Of a stretch of 64,000 nt of DNA, positions 61,920 through 64,000 are shown piece by piece (the first letter of the stretch is position 1; every line of letters starts with the position of its first letter). Made by a program: the position numbers and the translations under genes. The DNA is taken from positions 6,619 through 70,618 of the forward strand of contig PLCF01000080.1 in assembly GCA_003135555.1 (NCBI GenBank). Reading direction: 5' to 3'. The notes beneath the pieces were generated by a model, which saw nothing but the letters and a program-made list of their open reading frames with translations, did no database searches and was not told the origin of the DNA. The DNA is from Vulcanimicrobiota bacterium. Its GTDB lineage: Bacteria; Vulcanimicrobiota; Vulcanimicrobiia; Vulcanimicrobiales; Vulcanimicrobiaceae.

Positions 61920-62078
61920 ATGGATAGGTCGGAGCCCGAGAGGCCATTGACTCGGTTCCAGAAGATCGTCGCTGCGATCGCCCGCGTCCCAAAGTCCGAG
62001 GTTGACGCGATGAACGCTGCCGAGAAAGCGAAGCCGCGAACGAAGCGCGGCCCGAAGCCCAAGACGCGGCCCGCCTAA
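61920..62078 (+). CDS. 52-aa basic protein converging on the transposase
   Basis: MDRSEPERPLTRFQKIVAAIARVPKSEVDAMNAAEKAKPRTKRGPKPKTRPA; TGGTATCCT extended -10 just upstream. Confidence 0.65.
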   Translation: MDRSEPERPLTRFQKIVAAIARVPKSEVDAMNAAEKAKPRTKRGPKPKTRPA

Positions 62079-63039
62079 CACCTCACGCGCCCAGCTTTGT
62101 TCGTCAACTCGCGCCACGTGAGCCGCCGCCCGTCCGCTCCCTTGAGCCCTTTGACGAACCGCTTTCCGTCCTTCTCGTTGCGCTCATGAAGCGGTAAATC
62201 TGTTCGCCCAGGTATCGTTCCAGGTGGAACGGGCGCGCGCAGATATACGTCCCGGCGAGCGTGCGCTTCAATACCGACCAGAAGTTTTCGATGCTGTTCG
62301 TGTGAACGTGACCCTCGACGTAGCTAATCGCGTGGTCGATGACATGGTGAACGTAACTCTGGCTTACGTCGTGATAGGAGCGCAGAGCGTCAGTGTAGAC
62401 CGTTGACCCCGGCGCAACATGTTCGACAATCCTCGGCATGAGGGTGCTGCGCCGGGTGTTCGGGATGATGAACGCGCGGACGCGACCGCCACGTTCGATC
62501 ATGCCCATGACGACAGTCCTACCAGCCTGCGGACCCGGCGACTTCCAGCCATCGGGCCGCGGTTGACGACCGGTGTTTCCGCGCTTGTTCCCAAGCTTGC
62601 CGCCGATATACGTCTCGTCCGCCTCGACCTCGCCGGAAAGACAGTCGAACGTGTCAGCCTTGAGCGAGAGGCGCAAGCGGTGCAGCATGAACCACGCGGT
62701 TTTCTGCGTGACGCCGAGCGCGCGGTGAATCTCATAGGACGAAACACCGTTGCGACATGACGTGAGCATCCACAGCGCCGGGAGCCACTTGGAAAACGAG
62801 ATCGGCGAGTCCTCAAAGACGGTCCCGACCTTGGCGGTAAACTGCCGGTCGCACTCGCGGCAGCGCCACACGTTACGGCCCTTGATCGTCACCACGTCAG
62901 CCGATCCGCACCCCATTCGGGGACAGGCCATGCCGTTCGGCCAGCGGAGTGTTACGAAGTAGTCGTGCGCTACTTGCTTGTCAGCAAAGAGCGCGACGGC
63001 TTCCAGAAGCGTGGTCGGATCGGCGGGTAGTTGGGCCAT
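62075..63039 (-). mobile_element. IS1595-family (ISXO2-like) transposase with a 1-nt deletion near 62187
   Basis: Zn ribbon CP..GC..WRC.EC, HTH (LGVTQKTAWFMLHR), VEADETYIGG, YTD, HTNSIENFW; the family-type C-terminus (ERNEKDGKRF..GRRLTWRELT) continues in another frame. Confidence 0.9.
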
Positions 63040-63081
63040 ACTCGCAGACAAGGTTGGCGGCGGATGTCGACGACCGTTTCA

Positions 63082-63211
63082 TGTGAACCTCGCGTGGCGC
63101 ATCCCAGCCATGCACCCGCGTACGCCGGGCTCGAAATATACCGAGGACGAAGCGGCGGATGCGCTCGGCCGCGTCAAGGCACTAATGAATCACCTTGCCG
63201 ACGTTATCTAA
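63082..63211 (+). pseudogene. 3' remnant of a HEPN-like gene
   Basis: AWRIPAMHPR...YTEDEAADAL..VKALMNHLA, an Rx4H motif followed by a terminal helix. Confidence 0.5.
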
Positions 63212-63260
63212 AAGTCTTGTCGGTCAGTGCCTTCCAGGTGAGCCGGCAACCGTCCGCAGT
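63204..63260 (-). pseudogene. C-terminal remnant of a second IS1595 transposase
   Basis: TADGCRLTWKALTDKTFR* aligns with GADGRRLTWRELTNK of the adjacent transposase. Confidence 0.7.
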
Positions 63261-63400
63261 TCACACCTGGCGGGGTTGCACCACGATGCCTGCTTCGGAC
63301 GCCCGGCGACGGAGGCATAGTTACTACCTGCGACATATTCCCCAACGGAACGAGCTACGGCCCAAACAGGGTGCACTAAACGAGGTGCGGGACTTCGGAT

Positions 63401-64000
63401 ATGACGGTAGTCATCATGACCCTAACAACAAGAGTTTCCGGTGAAATGGAGCTCATTGCGGTCGCGGACAGACTATTGTCCGGCGGCGGTTTCTCGATGC
63501 AGTTGGGTCCGGGATCGAAAGTCGTGCCGTTATACAATCCGAACGCCAAAGGCGGAGCAAATTGGCTACTAGGATTCGCAGGCGACACCTCATGGTTTCT
63601 GCCCATCCGCGAGGCCATCAGAGCCATTACGACCGATGACTCGTCCGGCGACGAGGTCGTCGAGGCTGCTCGGGCCGGATATGTCGCGCAACGCCGGCGA
63701 GTATTTGAGCAAACAGTACTAAGCCCATTTGGGCTCGACGTTCCGTCACTGCTTTCCAAAGGGCGTGCCATCTTTGGCGAGGACGAGTTCAATCGGCTCT
63801 GTTGCGCGCTAACAGACTTCGATTTTCGGTTCCAGCTTGTTCTGGGGGGTTGGTCCAAGGCGAAGCAGCAGACGCGCCTGGTAAGCATAGAAAATCCTGG
63901 CGTGGTGATCGACCACTTCATAGAAGGCGCGGTTGCGATTGGCGAAGGCGCAGCGTTAGCAGCTGGTCATCTTTGGGCAACATATAATCGGTACGGGAGC
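63401..64000 (+). CDS. Proteasome beta-subunit/Ntn-hydrolase-like protein (runs off the window)
   Basis: Open for 200 codons: M-T start, IAVADRLLS, SKV, LLGFAGD, LVLGGW, AVAIGEGA. Confidence 0.7.
   Translation, partial: MTVVIMTLTTRVSGEMELIAVADRLLSGGGFSMQLGPGSKVVPLYNPNAKGGANWLLGFAGDTSWFLPIREAIRAITTDDSSGDEVVEAARAGYVAQRRRVFEQTVLSPFGLDVPSLLSKGRAIFGEDEFNRLCCALTDFDFRFQLVLGGWSKAKQQTRLVSIENPGVVIDHFIEGAVAIGEGAALAAGHLWATYNRYGS

Overview
High-GC bacterial chromosome segment. Gene content and organisation suggest a diderm Terrabacterium, possibly Eremiobacterota/Vulcanimicrobiota (inference only). Bases 1-61.1 kb are mostly housekeeping and metabolic genes, largely on the minus strand: thrB (partial), a lone Xer recombinase with a dif-like site directly upstream, gmk-rpoZ-glmS-rph-mlaEFD-rhomboid-panE, rqcH, a hybrid kinase plus Hpt protein, pbp-pknB-ruvCAB-spoIID-PilZ-queA, an MFS pseudogene plus chrA, a Ni/Co transporter-DUF4331-TPR cluster, a Liv-type ABC transporter split across both strands, GH15, PP2C/MEDS genes and carB. 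Four copies of an intra-operonic repeat each abut a downstream start codon and carry short ORFs that stop at that start. From about 61.2 kb a visibly less GC-rich IS1595 locus holds a C5-methylase remnant, an unannotated ~390-nt structured minus-strand RNA containing a tRNA mimic without a real anticodon loop, a frameshifted IS1595 transposase, a small convergent ORF, a HEPN-like remnant paired with a second transposase tail, and a proteasome-beta/Ntn-hydrolase-like gene running off the window. All calls come from reading the sequence by eye; no searches or folding programs were run.
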